From a virus (Duplodnaviria; Caudoviricetes): a stretch of DNA of 34,193 nucleotides. Both the position numbers and the translations under genes were made by a program. The notes under the pieces were generated by a model. The model worked only from the letters and a program-made list of their open reading frames with translations, had not been told where the DNA came from and made no database searches. Positions 22,737-30,805 of the stretch are shown piece after piece (the first letter of the stretch is position 1; every line of letters starts with the position of its first letter). Location: IMG/VR virus record IMGVR_UViG_3300022863_000005, positions 1 to 34,193 of that record. One strand, given 5' to 3'.

Positions 22737-24557
22737 TTAAGGGACAGACCGCGTCGTCGTCGCGCACCACGAACTTCGAAGTGTCGAAGGTGCGACGAAT
22801 TTTGCTCTGATGTCATAGGAATAGCCGTCGCTGACGACGCCGGAATTCACCGACCAAATACCCGGCGCCGGGTCTATTTCCGTCCACGCGCCGGAGCCGG
22901 CCAAAGCCCATTGCACCACGAGGCTTAAAGTCGTGTCCGTCGGCGTCGCCGCCACGATGCCCAACGAATGCGCCGTAGTGCCCCCATAGGTTCCGGCAAC
23001 CACGGTAACGGTCAGAACAGGGACGGAGATTGTCGGCGTCACCGATCCGGGCGGCGCTGTCGACGGCGTCGCGCCTTCTTCCACTGCGGGGGCCCAGTCG
23101 TAAGCCGCGCTCGAAAGCGAGACCACGTCCAGATCCACGCGGGTATAGTCCGCCGCAATCGTCGCCTTGGTGATAAAAAAATTTTCTGTGAGGCCGAGGT
23201 CAGCCGATGGGAACGCCACCGTAATGATGCGCTCGCAGATGGCGTTGAGGCCGGAAATGTCTAGCGAGATTTGACCTTCCCAGGCTGGGTTGGCCTTCGC
23301 CGCGTTGATCTTGGCGAGCCTCCGCGCCTGCGATGGGCTTGAGACCATATCGAGCTGAAGCGACGTCGCCAGCGAGCCGAGAATACCCTCAGAAACAACA
23401 TCAACCCAAGGCTCTGCTTCGATCAACTGGAAATCGTGCAACGGCGACGTGTACGTGATCGTCGTCCGATTGAACGTGACCATTTTCCCCGCGCCCTGCG
23501 TCAGGGAAAAGGCCAGGATGGAATCGCCGCCGAAGGTCAGCGTCGGATCGGTCCACTTTCCGCCGCGAATGCCGATCAGCCCGGCTGGCGTGCGATAAAT
23601 TTCTCCGTCGCAGGTCGCTAGTAGGCGCTGCATGACGCCGACAGGTTCATCCGTGAGCGTGTAGGTGCCGTCGATGCGATAGCGGTATTCGGCGCCGCCT
23701 GCGGCCAGCGAGACCAATTCGTCGCAGAGGTTGGCGAAGTCTATGAAGGTCTGGACGTCAATGCGAGATCGATCTTTTCCACGCCCGTCCGGGTGCCGCA
23801 GATAATCGAGGATGCAGAGCGCCGGATTTTGCGACCATGCCCATGTGGACGGATTGTCCCATGTGTCGTCGGGATTTTGCGCGCCGTCGCGCGGGTCCCA
23901 GACCTTCGCCATGCGCGCCAGCACGCGGAGCGTCGCTTCGCCATTCTTGTAGTACGACAAGAAGTCTTTTTGCGCGACCGATCGATAAAGCACAACCGTG
24001 TAGCAGATGCCTTTGGCCGTATCCGTGCTGGCCCAATCCGGGATATATGTCGCCGCAAGAGCCGACTCGGTCTGGACGCCCGTGCCTTGCTGCGTTTCGA
24101 CCGTGACAAGGCCACCATAATTGACGACGGCCTGAGCGGAGCCGAAGGCAAATCCGTAGCTGAATGTCCCGTAAACATCGTCGAAAATATAAGCCTCGAT
24201 AGCGTCGATTGGCCCCAAGCAATGCGCGAGGATCGACGCGCGAAACGATGTCCCGCTCGAATAAACGTTGTCCCAATAAATCCGCGCGCCGCCCAGCATG
24301 GCGCGGCCGTAGCCCCGCACGCGCGCGGCCGTAGATTCGTTGATCGTCGTTTGCGTCGATTGGTTTGGCTGCGCCGGTTTCGGCGTCAGCAGAGATGCCG
24401 CATAGGACAGACCGACAGACAGCGCGATGCCAGAAACTGTCGTCAGCAGCGAGCTACCGCCAAGCAGCGCGGTCCCGCCAAGAGCGGCGCCAATGCCGCC
24501 CAGCGCCGACTCCGCGCCACCGACGATGATAGGGATAATAGTCAGGGCCTCGGGCAT
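22737..24557 (-). CDS. Tail tip / central fibre (gpJ-like) protein
   Basis: Start re-chosen at MPEALT (TGATG overlap); YGRAMLGG, VWDPR, WSQNPALCILDYL, SPSQARRLAK. Confidence 0.85.
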   Translation of the reverse strand: MPEALTIIPIIVGGAESALGGIGAALGGTALLGGSSLLTTVSGIALSVGLSYAASLLTPKPAQPNQSTQTTINESTAARVRGYGRAMLGGARIYWDNVYSSGTSFRASILAHCLGPIDAIEAYIFDDVYGTFSYGFAFGSAQAVVNYGGLVTVETQQGTGVQTESALAATYIPDWASTDTAKGICYTVVLYRSVAQKDFLSYYKNGEATLRVLARMAKVWDPRDGAQNPDDTWDNPSTWAWSQNPALCILDYLRHPDGRGKDRSRIDVQTFIDFANLCDELVSLAAGGAEYRYRIDGTYTLTDEPVGVMQRLLATCDGEIYRTPAGLIGIRGGKWTDPTLTFGGDSILAFSLTQGAGKMVTFNRTTITYTSPLHDFQLIEAEPWVDVVSEGILGSLATSLQLDMVSSPSQARRLAKINAAKANPAWEGQISLDISGLNAICERIITVAFPSADLGLTENFFITKATIAADYTRVDLDVVSLSSAAYDWAPAVEEGATPSTAPPGSVTPTISVPVLTVTVVAGTYGGTTAHSLGIVAATPTDTTLSLVVQWALAGSGAWTEIDPAPGIWSVNSGVVSDGYSYDIRAKFVAPSTLRSSWCATTTRSVP

Positions 24558-24916
24558 CAGATCGCCCAGGCCATGACGCAGGGCCACGCGGCTACTGCGA
24601 GGCCCTGCGGAGCCAGCGCCGCCCAGCGCGTGCCCGTGCAGATCGCCGCAGTCGCCTCGCCTCGCGAGCCCGTCAGGACAATGCCGACGTCGCCCCGCTT
24701 TGGGCTTTGTGTGGTCAAGAAGTCGGCCATTGTCTCCCTCGCCAGGGCCCGAACATCGACGCACGCCGGGTCGAATTCGCCCGTGCGCCAGCCTGCCGCC
24801 GGATCGTGCGCGGTCTGCGACACAATCCAGTCCGCGACCCAGATCATGCAATTCCGCCCGGACCAGTCGAACGCCTCGCCCGTTGCCGCGCGGAGGTAGG
24901 TTGTCAGGGCATCCAT
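24557..24916 (-). CDS. NlpC/P60-like tail assembly protein (DUF6950-like)
   Basis: FDWSGRNCMIWVADW, PKRGDVG; start MDALTTYL. Confidence 0.75.
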   Translation of the reverse strand: MDALTTYLRAATGEAFDWSGRNCMIWVADWIVSQTAHDPAAGWRTGEFDPACVDVRALARETMADFLTTQSPKRGDVGIVLTGSRGEATAAICTGTRWAALAPQGLAVAAWPCVMAWAI

Positions 24917-24927
24917 TATTTTTTCCG

Positions 24928-24973
24928 CATTTGTAAAAATAACGCTTGCATAAATTTCCAAATGTGTTAGTTT
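24928..24973 (+). promoter_or_regulatory. Promoter of the antisense cassette with a flanking inverted repeat
   Basis: AT-rich island; TTGCAT (24946-24951), TGnTAGTTT (24965-24973); IR CATTTGTAAA / TTTCCAAATG (24928-24937, 24955-24964). Confidence 0.58.
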
Positions 24974-24997
24974 TAATCATCGAAAGGGAGCAAGGAA

Positions 24998-25078
24998 ATG
25001 ACCAACGAAAAAACCCTCAGCCAAGCCGCCGCCGAAACTCTGGCCGCGATTGAAGCCTACCTCGCCCAATTCAAATGA
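24998..25078 (+). CDS. 26-aa peptide MTNEKTLSQAAAETLAAIEAYLAQFK (copy 2)
   Basis: GGGAG/AAGGA RBS; 24/26 aa identical to 13783-13863. Confidence 0.8.
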   Translation: MTNEKTLSQAAAETLAAIEAYLAQFK

Positions 25079-25086
25079 AACCAAAA

Positions 25087-25104
25087 GCGGGGCTTCGGCC
25101 CCGC
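25087..25104. repeat. UUCG hairpin identical to 13871-13888
   Basis: GCGGGGCTTCGGCCCCGC. On the minus strand it is followed by TTTTGGTTT. Confidence 0.85.
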
Positions 25105-25129
25105 CCTCCACTCAAACGGGAGCAAGCAA

Positions 25130-25297
25130 ATGTCCCCTAAAATGCAAATCGTCTGGCAAGTTCTTGAAGCAGCCAAAGACAATCGCGACGAAATGGTCAT
25201 CGCCGCTTGCCGCCGATTGATCGAAGCCAACCGCCTCGGATGGCGCAAGCATCACATTGCCGCCGATTACGACCTTGTTCAGGAATTGGCCCAATGA
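25130..25297 (+). CDS. Hypothetical 55-aa protein (MSPKMQIVWQVLEAAKDNRDEMVIAACRRLIEANRLGWRKHH...)
   Basis: GGGAG RBS; below the ORF-track cutoff; ATGA coupled to the HTH gene. Confidence 0.68.
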   Translation: MSPKMQIVWQVLEAAKDNRDEMVIAACRRLIEANRLGWRKHHIAADYDLVQELAQ

Positions 25298-25515
25298 CCC
25301 CCGCCGACTTCGCCGCCTTCGTCGCGCTCATGAAAGAGCGCGGCCTTTCCAAGGGCGACATCGCCACGCGCCTCGGCAAGCCGGCGAGCCGCATTTCCGA
25401 CTATCTGCGCGACGGCACAGACCAAACGATGGCGCTGGCCTGCGCGGCCCTCGCCGCCGGGCTTAAGCCGTGGCCCGCCCATCGGCGATCTACCAAGGCT
25501 GACGCAGCATCCTGA
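25294..25515 (+). CDS. Small HTH DNA-binding protein (MTPADFAAF...)
   Basis: GLSKGDIATRLGKPASRISDY HTH; ALACAALAAGL tail. Confidence 0.75.
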   Translation: MTPADFAAFVALMKERGLSKGDIATRLGKPASRISDYLRDGTDQTMALACAALAAGLKPWPAHRRSTKADAAS

Positions 25516-26065
25516 ATTTCATCAACGGGCGAAATCTCATCGACGTGTCGCCGGGATATCTGGACCGCTGGTCCGCGTCCGTTATCAGGCCGAACGGCGC
25601 GCGACGACGGTCCGCATTTTCGCCTTCCGCCGTCAATGTGATAACGCGCGAGGATGGACCCGTCGCCTTGAATGTCATCACGTCCATGACGCCAGACCAG
25701 ATCGCCAGCATGGAGCCGAGCGGCGCCATTGGAACGTCGCCAGTGACATCGAAAAACTGGCAATAGACCGTCACCGCCCGCCCGCGCACGAGGTTCGAGG
25801 CATTTACCGCGAGGCTCTGCATTTCCGCCGTGACGCCGGCCAGCGTGAAAGTCACGGCTTGCGCCGCGTCCGTCGTCGCGAGCGCGAGGCCCTCGATTGA
25901 TCCGAAGTCGCCTGAACCGTCCCAATCGTAGCCTCCGACCGTGAGCGTGCCGAAGCCCGGCCACATGCGCTTCGGGTCGCCTGCGAAATCGAAAAAGACC
26001 AGCGGCACGGCGCCAATCGCGCGCCCGGCCATTTTGGCGTTGATGGCGGAATCGAACAGCGCCAT
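25490..26065 (-). CDS. Minor tail protein (hub / gpL-position)
   Basis: RMWPGFGTL...WDGSGDFGSI...DQRSRYPGD; TGATG-coupled to the tape measure gene. Confidence 0.75.
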   Translation of the reverse strand: MALFDSAINAKMAGRAIGAVPLVFFDFAGDPKRMWPGFGTLTVGGYDWDGSGDFGSIEGLALATTDAAQAVTFTLAGVTAEMQSLAVNASNLVRGRAVTVYCQFFDVTGDVPMAPLGSMLAIWSGVMDVMTFKATGPSSRVITLTAEGENADRRRAPFGLITDADQRSRYPGDTSMRFRPLMKFRMLRQPW

Positions 26066-28041
26066 CAGCCACCCCGCAACTGGATTTCATTGATACGGCC
26101 CGGAAGCACGGCGCTGGAGAAATGCCCGAGGCCTGCCGATACGCCTTGCTGGACCGCGCGCATGATCGCCGCATCGCCGTTCGCGCCGGCCAAATTGATG
26201 TTGATATGCTGTTGCGCGCCGCCGCCTGACGATCCGCCGACATTCGGAACAATCGAGCCGCCGCCGTTCGGCTGGAAAAGCTCAGGGCCGCGCTCGCCGA
26301 CGACATAGGCCTTGCCGCCCATGACTGGGCCGCCGTCCGCCTTGAAGCCAGAAAACAGCGACTTGAGACCGCCTCCGATCAATCCGCCCGATCCCGCAGC
26401 TCCGCCGAAGATCGAAGCGAAAGAACCTTCTCCCATCAGTGCGCCCTTGAGCACGGACGATGCCATGTTTTGCAGCAGGCTTTTCAGCGTGTCGTTCAGC
26501 TTTCCGCCCTTGACGATCAGTTGATCCATCGCATTCGCGAAGGCGTCCCCCATCGCCTGCGACGATTGCTCTAAGCCCTTTGTCTTGTCGTGCAAGTTTT
26601 GAGTCTCGACGGCAGTGTCGGCGATTTCCTTCTTTTGCTTCTCGGACAGCGTCAGCCCGTCCCGATCCGCCGCCGCCTTGGCCTGCGCCAGCGCCACGGC
26701 CTTCGCGCGCTCGACGTTCGATAGCATCCATGTTTCGGATTCGGCCTGTGCGACATCTTTGGCTTTGTTCAGGCTGTCGATGTAGCGGTCGATGCTATCT
26801 TTCGCGTCCGCCGTGTCTTTCGCCGCCTTGCTGCCGCCGCCGCTGCTTTTGTCCGAAGGGATGACGGTTGACGCTGGGTTGAAATATTTCTTGAGCGCAT
26901 CCTTCGCCGCCGACGCCGATCCTGTCGGCGTCATCCCCGGAATTGTGCCGGTATCGAGAGCGCCAGCCCACGGCGCATCGGCGGAAGCGCCGACGCCACC
27001 TTTGCCGCGAAAGCCTTCGCCGGGCTTATCGATCAACCCCTTTGAATCCATCCATTCGACAAGGCGCCTGAAAATATCGGAGTTGCCGATGTCCGTCATT
27101 TTAGCCTGGAGCTTATCAAACAAGCTGACGACATTCATGATGGCCGACTTCCAACCGATGGAAAAATTATCCATCGTAGTTTTCCAGCCGATGTCGAATT
27201 CATGCGCCCTCTTGACCATGCCGTCATCGATGGCCGCGCCCGCTTTTTCCGCAGCGGATTGGACTTCCTTGATCTTTTCCGCGCCCTGTTCAAAAAAGGA
27301 AATCATGTCCTTGTCGGAACCGATGGCGCTCAACAGAACGAGCTTGTCTTGCTCCGTCTTGGCGTTGCGGACGAGGTTCGCATAATCGGCCAAAAGCGAC
27401 ATGGTCGAGCGCAGATTGCCTTCGTTATCCTTGAGCTTGATCCCGTTGGCGTCGAGAATTTTGGAAAACTCGTTTTCATCCCGGCTCGCGTCGTTCGCCG
27501 CCTTGGCGATGCCCTGAAGCGCGGTCGTCATCCCGTCGCGCGTGCCGCCCGACATGACCGCCGCGCGCTGGAGGTTTTGCAATTGCTGGAGAGAGACGCC
27601 GGCCAGTTTCGCCGCGCCGTCAAGCTGGCCCAATTCGGCTATGGTCTCCCGCGACATCAGGACCATTGCGCCAAGTCCGACCGTGGCGAGCGCCGCCGTT
27701 CCGAGCGCGATAGAGAGGATTCTCACGCCAACAGTCGCGCGCGCCATCGCCTGAACGAGCGCCGTCCCGACGCCTTGGACGATGGTGACGTTGGCGCCGG
27801 TCCAGGGCCCGTAATTATAGGCAGCGTTTCCGACCTTTTCGCCGAAGTCCTTGATGCGCGCCGCCGTCGAAGCCGCCGCCGCCTCAACGGATTTCAGGCT
27901 GTTGGTAAGCTCCTGGCCCTGCTGTTTTGCCGCCGCGCCCGCCTGCTGGAATTGCGCCTTGATCCCGTCAAGCCCCGCTTTCAGGCTCGAAGTGTCGGCC
28001 TTGAACTGGTAGCTGATGGCGCCAACGGTTGCATCGGTCAT
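26065..28041 (-). CDS. Tail tape measure protein
   Basis: 658 aa, helical A/K/Q-rich; C-terminal ADGGPV...VVGERGPELF motif. Confidence 0.9.
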   Translation of the reverse strand: MTDATVGAISYQFKADTSSLKAGLDGIKAQFQQAGAAAKQQGQELTNSLKSVEAAAASTAARIKDFGEKVGNAAYNYGPWTGANVTIVQGVGTALVQAMARATVGVRILSIALGTAALATVGLGAMVLMSRETIAELGQLDGAAKLAGVSLQQLQNLQRAAVMSGGTRDGMTTALQGIAKAANDASRDENEFSKILDANGIKLKDNEGNLRSTMSLLADYANLVRNAKTEQDKLVLLSAIGSDKDMISFFEQGAEKIKEVQSAAEKAGAAIDDGMVKRAHEFDIGWKTTMDNFSIGWKSAIMNVVSLFDKLQAKMTDIGNSDIFRRLVEWMDSKGLIDKPGEGFRGKGGVGASADAPWAGALDTGTIPGMTPTGSASAAKDALKKYFNPASTVIPSDKSSGGGSKAAKDTADAKDSIDRYIDSLNKAKDVAQAESETWMLSNVERAKAVALAQAKAAADRDGLTLSEKQKKEIADTAVETQNLHDKTKGLEQSSQAMGDAFANAMDQLIVKGGKLNDTLKSLLQNMASSVLKGALMGEGSFASIFGGAAGSGGLIGGGLKSLFSGFKADGGPVMGGKAYVVGERGPELFQPNGGGSIVPNVGGSSGGGAQQHININLAGANGDAAIMRAVQQGVSAGLGHFSSAVLPGRINEIQLRGG

Positions 28042-28241
28042 GATTTCAGCCGCCCTTCATCGTCCAGTCGCGCGAACAGCGCATCGACTTCCGCCCGCGA
28101 CGGAGCGCCGCGAACGCCGCGACCCGCCTGCTTCACGCCCTTGCTTTCCAAAAGACCGTCAACGGCGGCGAAAAATTCCGGCAGGCTAAGCCGCCAGAAC
28201 ACGTCAGGCGAATAGCGCAGCGCGCCGAGGCCAAGCCTCAT
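28038..28241 (-). CDS. Tail assembly chaperone, T-frame part (probably reached by -1 frameshift)
   Basis: LRYSPDVFWRLSLPEF motif; frame is open back to the slippery site. Confidence 0.75.
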   Translation of the reverse strand: MRLGLGALRYSPDVFWRLSLPEFFAAVDGLLESKGVKQAGRGVRGAPSRAEVDALFARLDDEGRLKS

Positions 28242-28603
28242 CCACGCTTGCCAGCGCGCTTTGCCGCTAAAGGGGCGTCGTCGCTCCCGGCCTCGGCCTC
28301 CGGGCGCTCGGACAGGCCAGACGCGCCCATGAGGTCGCCGACAAACGCCATGAAGTCGGGAACCGTCATGTGCAAGATGGCGAGGCCGATTTCTTCCGTC
28401 AAAACAATGCCGTTGCCCTTCAAAACCGCAGTTACGAATTTCGTGAGCCGACGCGCCGAAAGCTTCTCGAAATTCAGCGCGTCTTCAAAGTTCTCGACGC
28501 CGAAAGCGTCCTCCAGCTCGGCCAGCGCGCCCAATCCGAGCGCGACGCCGTAATCCTTGCCGCCAAGCGTGATCTTGGCCTCGCCGCGCGCCCTGTTCGC
28601 CAT
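28238..28603 (-). CDS. Tail assembly chaperone (gpG / GTA gp10-like)
   Basis: MANRARGEAKITLGG...LGALAELEDAFG. Confidence 0.82.
   Translation of the reverse strand: MANRARGEAKITLGGKDYGVALGLGALAELEDAFGVENFEDALNFEKLSARRLTKFVTAVLKGNGIVLTEEIGLAILHMTVPDFMAFVGDLMGASGLSERPEAEAGSDDAPLAAKRAGKRG
28268..28274 (-). other. Programmed -1 frameshift heptamer C CCT TTA
   Basis: XXXYYYZ in the correct phase (gcC CCT TTA); the -1 frame reads PFSGKARWQAWMRLG into 28038-28241. Confidence 0.75.
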
Positions 28604-28613
28604 GCGCGCCGCC

Positions 28614-28985
28614 TTACGCCGATTGCGCGGGCAGGAGGATCGCCGCCAGCGTCAGATTGGTGATGACGCCGGTATTGGCGAGCGTGATCGTGGCCGTCGC
28701 GTCGATGTAGGCGGCGGGGATCGGGCCGATCAGCTTGTCGCCAGTCGTCGCCGGGACGGTGACGACGATAGCCGGGACTGCGACGACGCCGACGCCGGGG
28801 ACGCGTGCCGTGAGAGGCGATACGGGATTGATCGTGATCGTCGCGGTCGCGGCGTTAGAGTTTTTCGCGTGAATATAGACGCGCTCGTTGGTCGTCGCGC
28901 CGGGGATGGTATCGGACGCGGTCGCGGCCTGATAGGACGGCGTGGCGCCTGCGACGGTGATAGTCTGGATTGCGATGGCGGACAT
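28614..28985 (-). CDS. Beta-rich hypothetical structural protein (123 aa)
   Basis: AGGAG RBS; A/T/I/V-rich; lies between tail tube and chaperone genes. Confidence 0.72.
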   Translation of the reverse strand: MSAIAIQTITVAGATPSYQAATASDTIPGATTNERVYIHAKNSNAATATITINPVSPLTARVPGVGVVAVPAIVVTVPATTGDKLIGPIPAAYIDATATITLANTGVITNLTLAAILLPAQSA

Positions 28986-29009
28986 GGGGGATGCTCCTAG
29001 GCGTCAGGA

Positions 29010-29414
29010 TCAGGAATAGGTGAAGGTGGGTTGACCAGATGACAAAAGCTTGCCTTCGAAGGTTACGGCCTCATTGAAAGGGCCATCGGCCTTGAGATTA
29101 TCGACCAGGAAAGTCCCGTCGATCTGGACGCCGTTGGTGACAAGCCGGATGGTTTGCAGCGCGCTGGTCGTGACGGCGGAAAACAGCGTCTTGTAAGCGG
29201 CGTCCGTCTGGCAGAGGCCGGCGAAGTCGATGTCCAGCGATTGGATGCCAGCGCCGCCAAGCAGTTCGCGCCAGCGGCCCGCGCTGTCCGCCGTGGTCAC
29301 GTCGATGTTGGTGTTGTTCGCGGTGAACGATCGCGTTTTCAGACCGCCGACGGCCACATAGGCGCCGGCGACAAGGATAGACAGCGCCCAAAGACGCCCC
29401 GCAGATGCAGTCAT
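29010..29414 (-). CDS. Major tail tube protein (TP901-1 / GTA-type)
   Basis: GGLKTRSF...IDVTTADSAGRWRELLGGAG...LLSSG. Confidence 0.88.
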   Translation of the reverse strand: MTASAGRLWALSILVAGAYVAVGGLKTRSFTANNTNIDVTTADSAGRWRELLGGAGIQSLDIDFAGLCQTDAAYKTLFSAVTTSALQTIRLVTNGVQIDGTFLVDNLKADGPFNEAVTFEGKLLSSGQPTFTYS

Positions 29415-29441
29415 GATTTATGCTCCGATTTTCAGGGGTTT

Positions 29442-29879
29442 TCAGGCGTGGTCGACGACAACGCGCACCGTGACGACGCCGTGAAGCGTGGCGCCGTCAG
29501 GATCGTGATAGGGTCCGATCTGGTTCGTGACCCTGCAAAAGACGCAATGGAATGGCGCGGCTGGCGCGAGATTTGCCGTGTGCATAATCTGGCGCACAAG
29601 CCCCATAATCTGCATGGCCATCGCGGTTTCTGGCGTCTGCGAAGTCGGTTGATGCCAGATATGGAGGTCAATCTTGAGGTCTTGGCCGTCTTCGGTCGCG
29701 GTCGAATAATCGCCGCCTGACGGGCTCATTTCAATGTACGGCGTCGGACAGGAGGACGGCGCCATAACCATTACTTTGTTGCCGGCAAGCAGGCCCGGCA
29801 ATGTCGCGTCAGCCAGCAGCGCCGTTCGGATCGCCGCCAGTGTCGCGGCAGTTGCGTCTAACGGGAGTGATGCTGCCAT
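29442..29879 (-). CDS. Tail completion/terminator protein (DUF3168-like)
   Basis: ALLADATL...PYI...LHIW...DPDGATLHGVV. Confidence 0.82.
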   Translation of the reverse strand: MAASLPLDATAATLAAIRTALLADATLPGLLAGNKVMVMAPSSCPTPYIEMSPSGGDYSTATEDGQDLKIDLHIWHQPTSQTPETAMAMQIMGLVRQIMHTANLAPAAPFHCVFCRVTNQIGPYHDPDGATLHGVVTVRVVVDHA

Positions 29880-30048
29880 CGGAATGCCTCACTTCCCATT
29901 CGCCGGACTGGCGCCGCCGCTCGAATTCCAGATCGTCCAGCGGCACGCGCGTCACGCAAAACCCGATGTCCGCGACGGCGTCCTTGGTCGCCTCGTCCAG
30001 CCAGACGCCGCGAAGCTCGTAATTGATCCCGAAAGATATTTTTGCCAT
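29809..30048 (-). CDS. Possible small hypothetical protein
   Basis: TGATG coupling to the gp10-like gene; overlaps the next gene by 71 bp. Confidence 0.42.
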   Translation of the reverse strand: MAKISFGINYELRGVWLDEATKDAVADIGFCVTRVPLDDLEFERRRQSGEWEVRHSDGSITPVRRNCRDTGGDPNGAAG

Positions 30049-30497
30049 CAGGCTTTCAGAGCGGCGTCAACGTATGCGCGGACGATCTTCTCGGCTTTCG
30101 GCAACACCTTTTCGACAGCCGGGCGCATGAAGGGACGCGCCGCCATTTTCCGCGTTCCGTATTCAAGATGCACCGCGTAGGGCGCATCCGCAACCAACTC
30201 GACGGCGCGACGATCCGCGAGCGGGACAGAAACCAGAATGGACATGGCGAGGCCGCCAAGGTCTGTCGCCGGAGCCTCGCCGGGCGCCGATGCCTGGTGC
30301 GTGCGCTTGGGGTTGTAAAGCTGATAGACGATGCCCGTCTTTGGGCCTTTCTGGACAGACCGAATTGCGTTGGCCTGCGCCATGAACGCAACCGCCGTAA
30401 GTCCGTCATGAGCGCCAGCCTCGATCTTCGCCGCCGCGCCTTCGATCTTGCGGAGCGCGGCGTCCAAGCCGGTCAAGGTAATGGTGATGTCGGTCAT
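30048..30497 (-). CDS. HK97 gp10-family neck/tail protein
   Basis: HQASAPGEAPATDLG, YAVHLEYGTRKMAARPFMRPA. Confidence 0.88.
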   Translation of the reverse strand: MTDITITLTGLDAALRKIEGAAAKIEAGAHDGLTAVAFMAQANAIRSVQKGPKTGIVYQLYNPKRTHQASAPGEAPATDLGGLAMSILVSVPLADRRAVELVADAPYAVHLEYGTRKMAARPFMRPAVEKVLPKAEKIVRAYVDAALKA

Positions 30498-30803
30498 TTA
30501 CTGCGGCGCAATTGGCGTGATGACGGAAAGCGCATCGGTTTTTTGCTTGCCAAGCGCGATGTTGATGACTTCCTGTTTGATCGACCCAAGCCATGCGTCC
30601 GCCGCCGTGGTGGCCGTGGCCGTTGACGTCGCCGCCTCAATCCCCGCAATAAACGCGCCCATGTCCGCCTGCGTCAGGGTCATGGATCGCGTGAGGGTAC
30701 CAGTGGCGCCGGGCACGGCCGAGACGATCTGAACCGTGATTGAGTCCGCAAAGGCCGGCGATGCGGCGAATAGGGCGAAGGCAAGAATAAGCCGTTTCAG
30801 CAT
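30498..30803 (-). CDS. Small protein with Sec-type signal peptide
   Basis: MLKRLILAFALFAASPAFA-DS. Confidence 0.72.
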   Translation of the reverse strand: MLKRLILAFALFAASPAFADSITVQIVSAVPGATGTLTRSMTLTQADMGAFIAGIEAATSTATATTAADAWLGSIKQEVINIALGKQKTDALSVITPIAPQ

Positions 30804-30805
30804 TG

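Noticed and set aside
24558-24980. N-terminal 141 aa of the 747-aa ORF 22737-24980
   Set aside because: Overlaps the NlpC-like gene and the cassette promoter; the real start is more likely ATG 24557 (TGATG coupling).
25401-28215. Alternative-frame ORFs 25401-26306 (-) and 27202-28215 (+)
   Set aside because: R/A-rich shadow frames over the hub-like and tape measure genes, with no independent motifs, unlike the nested methyltransferase frame.
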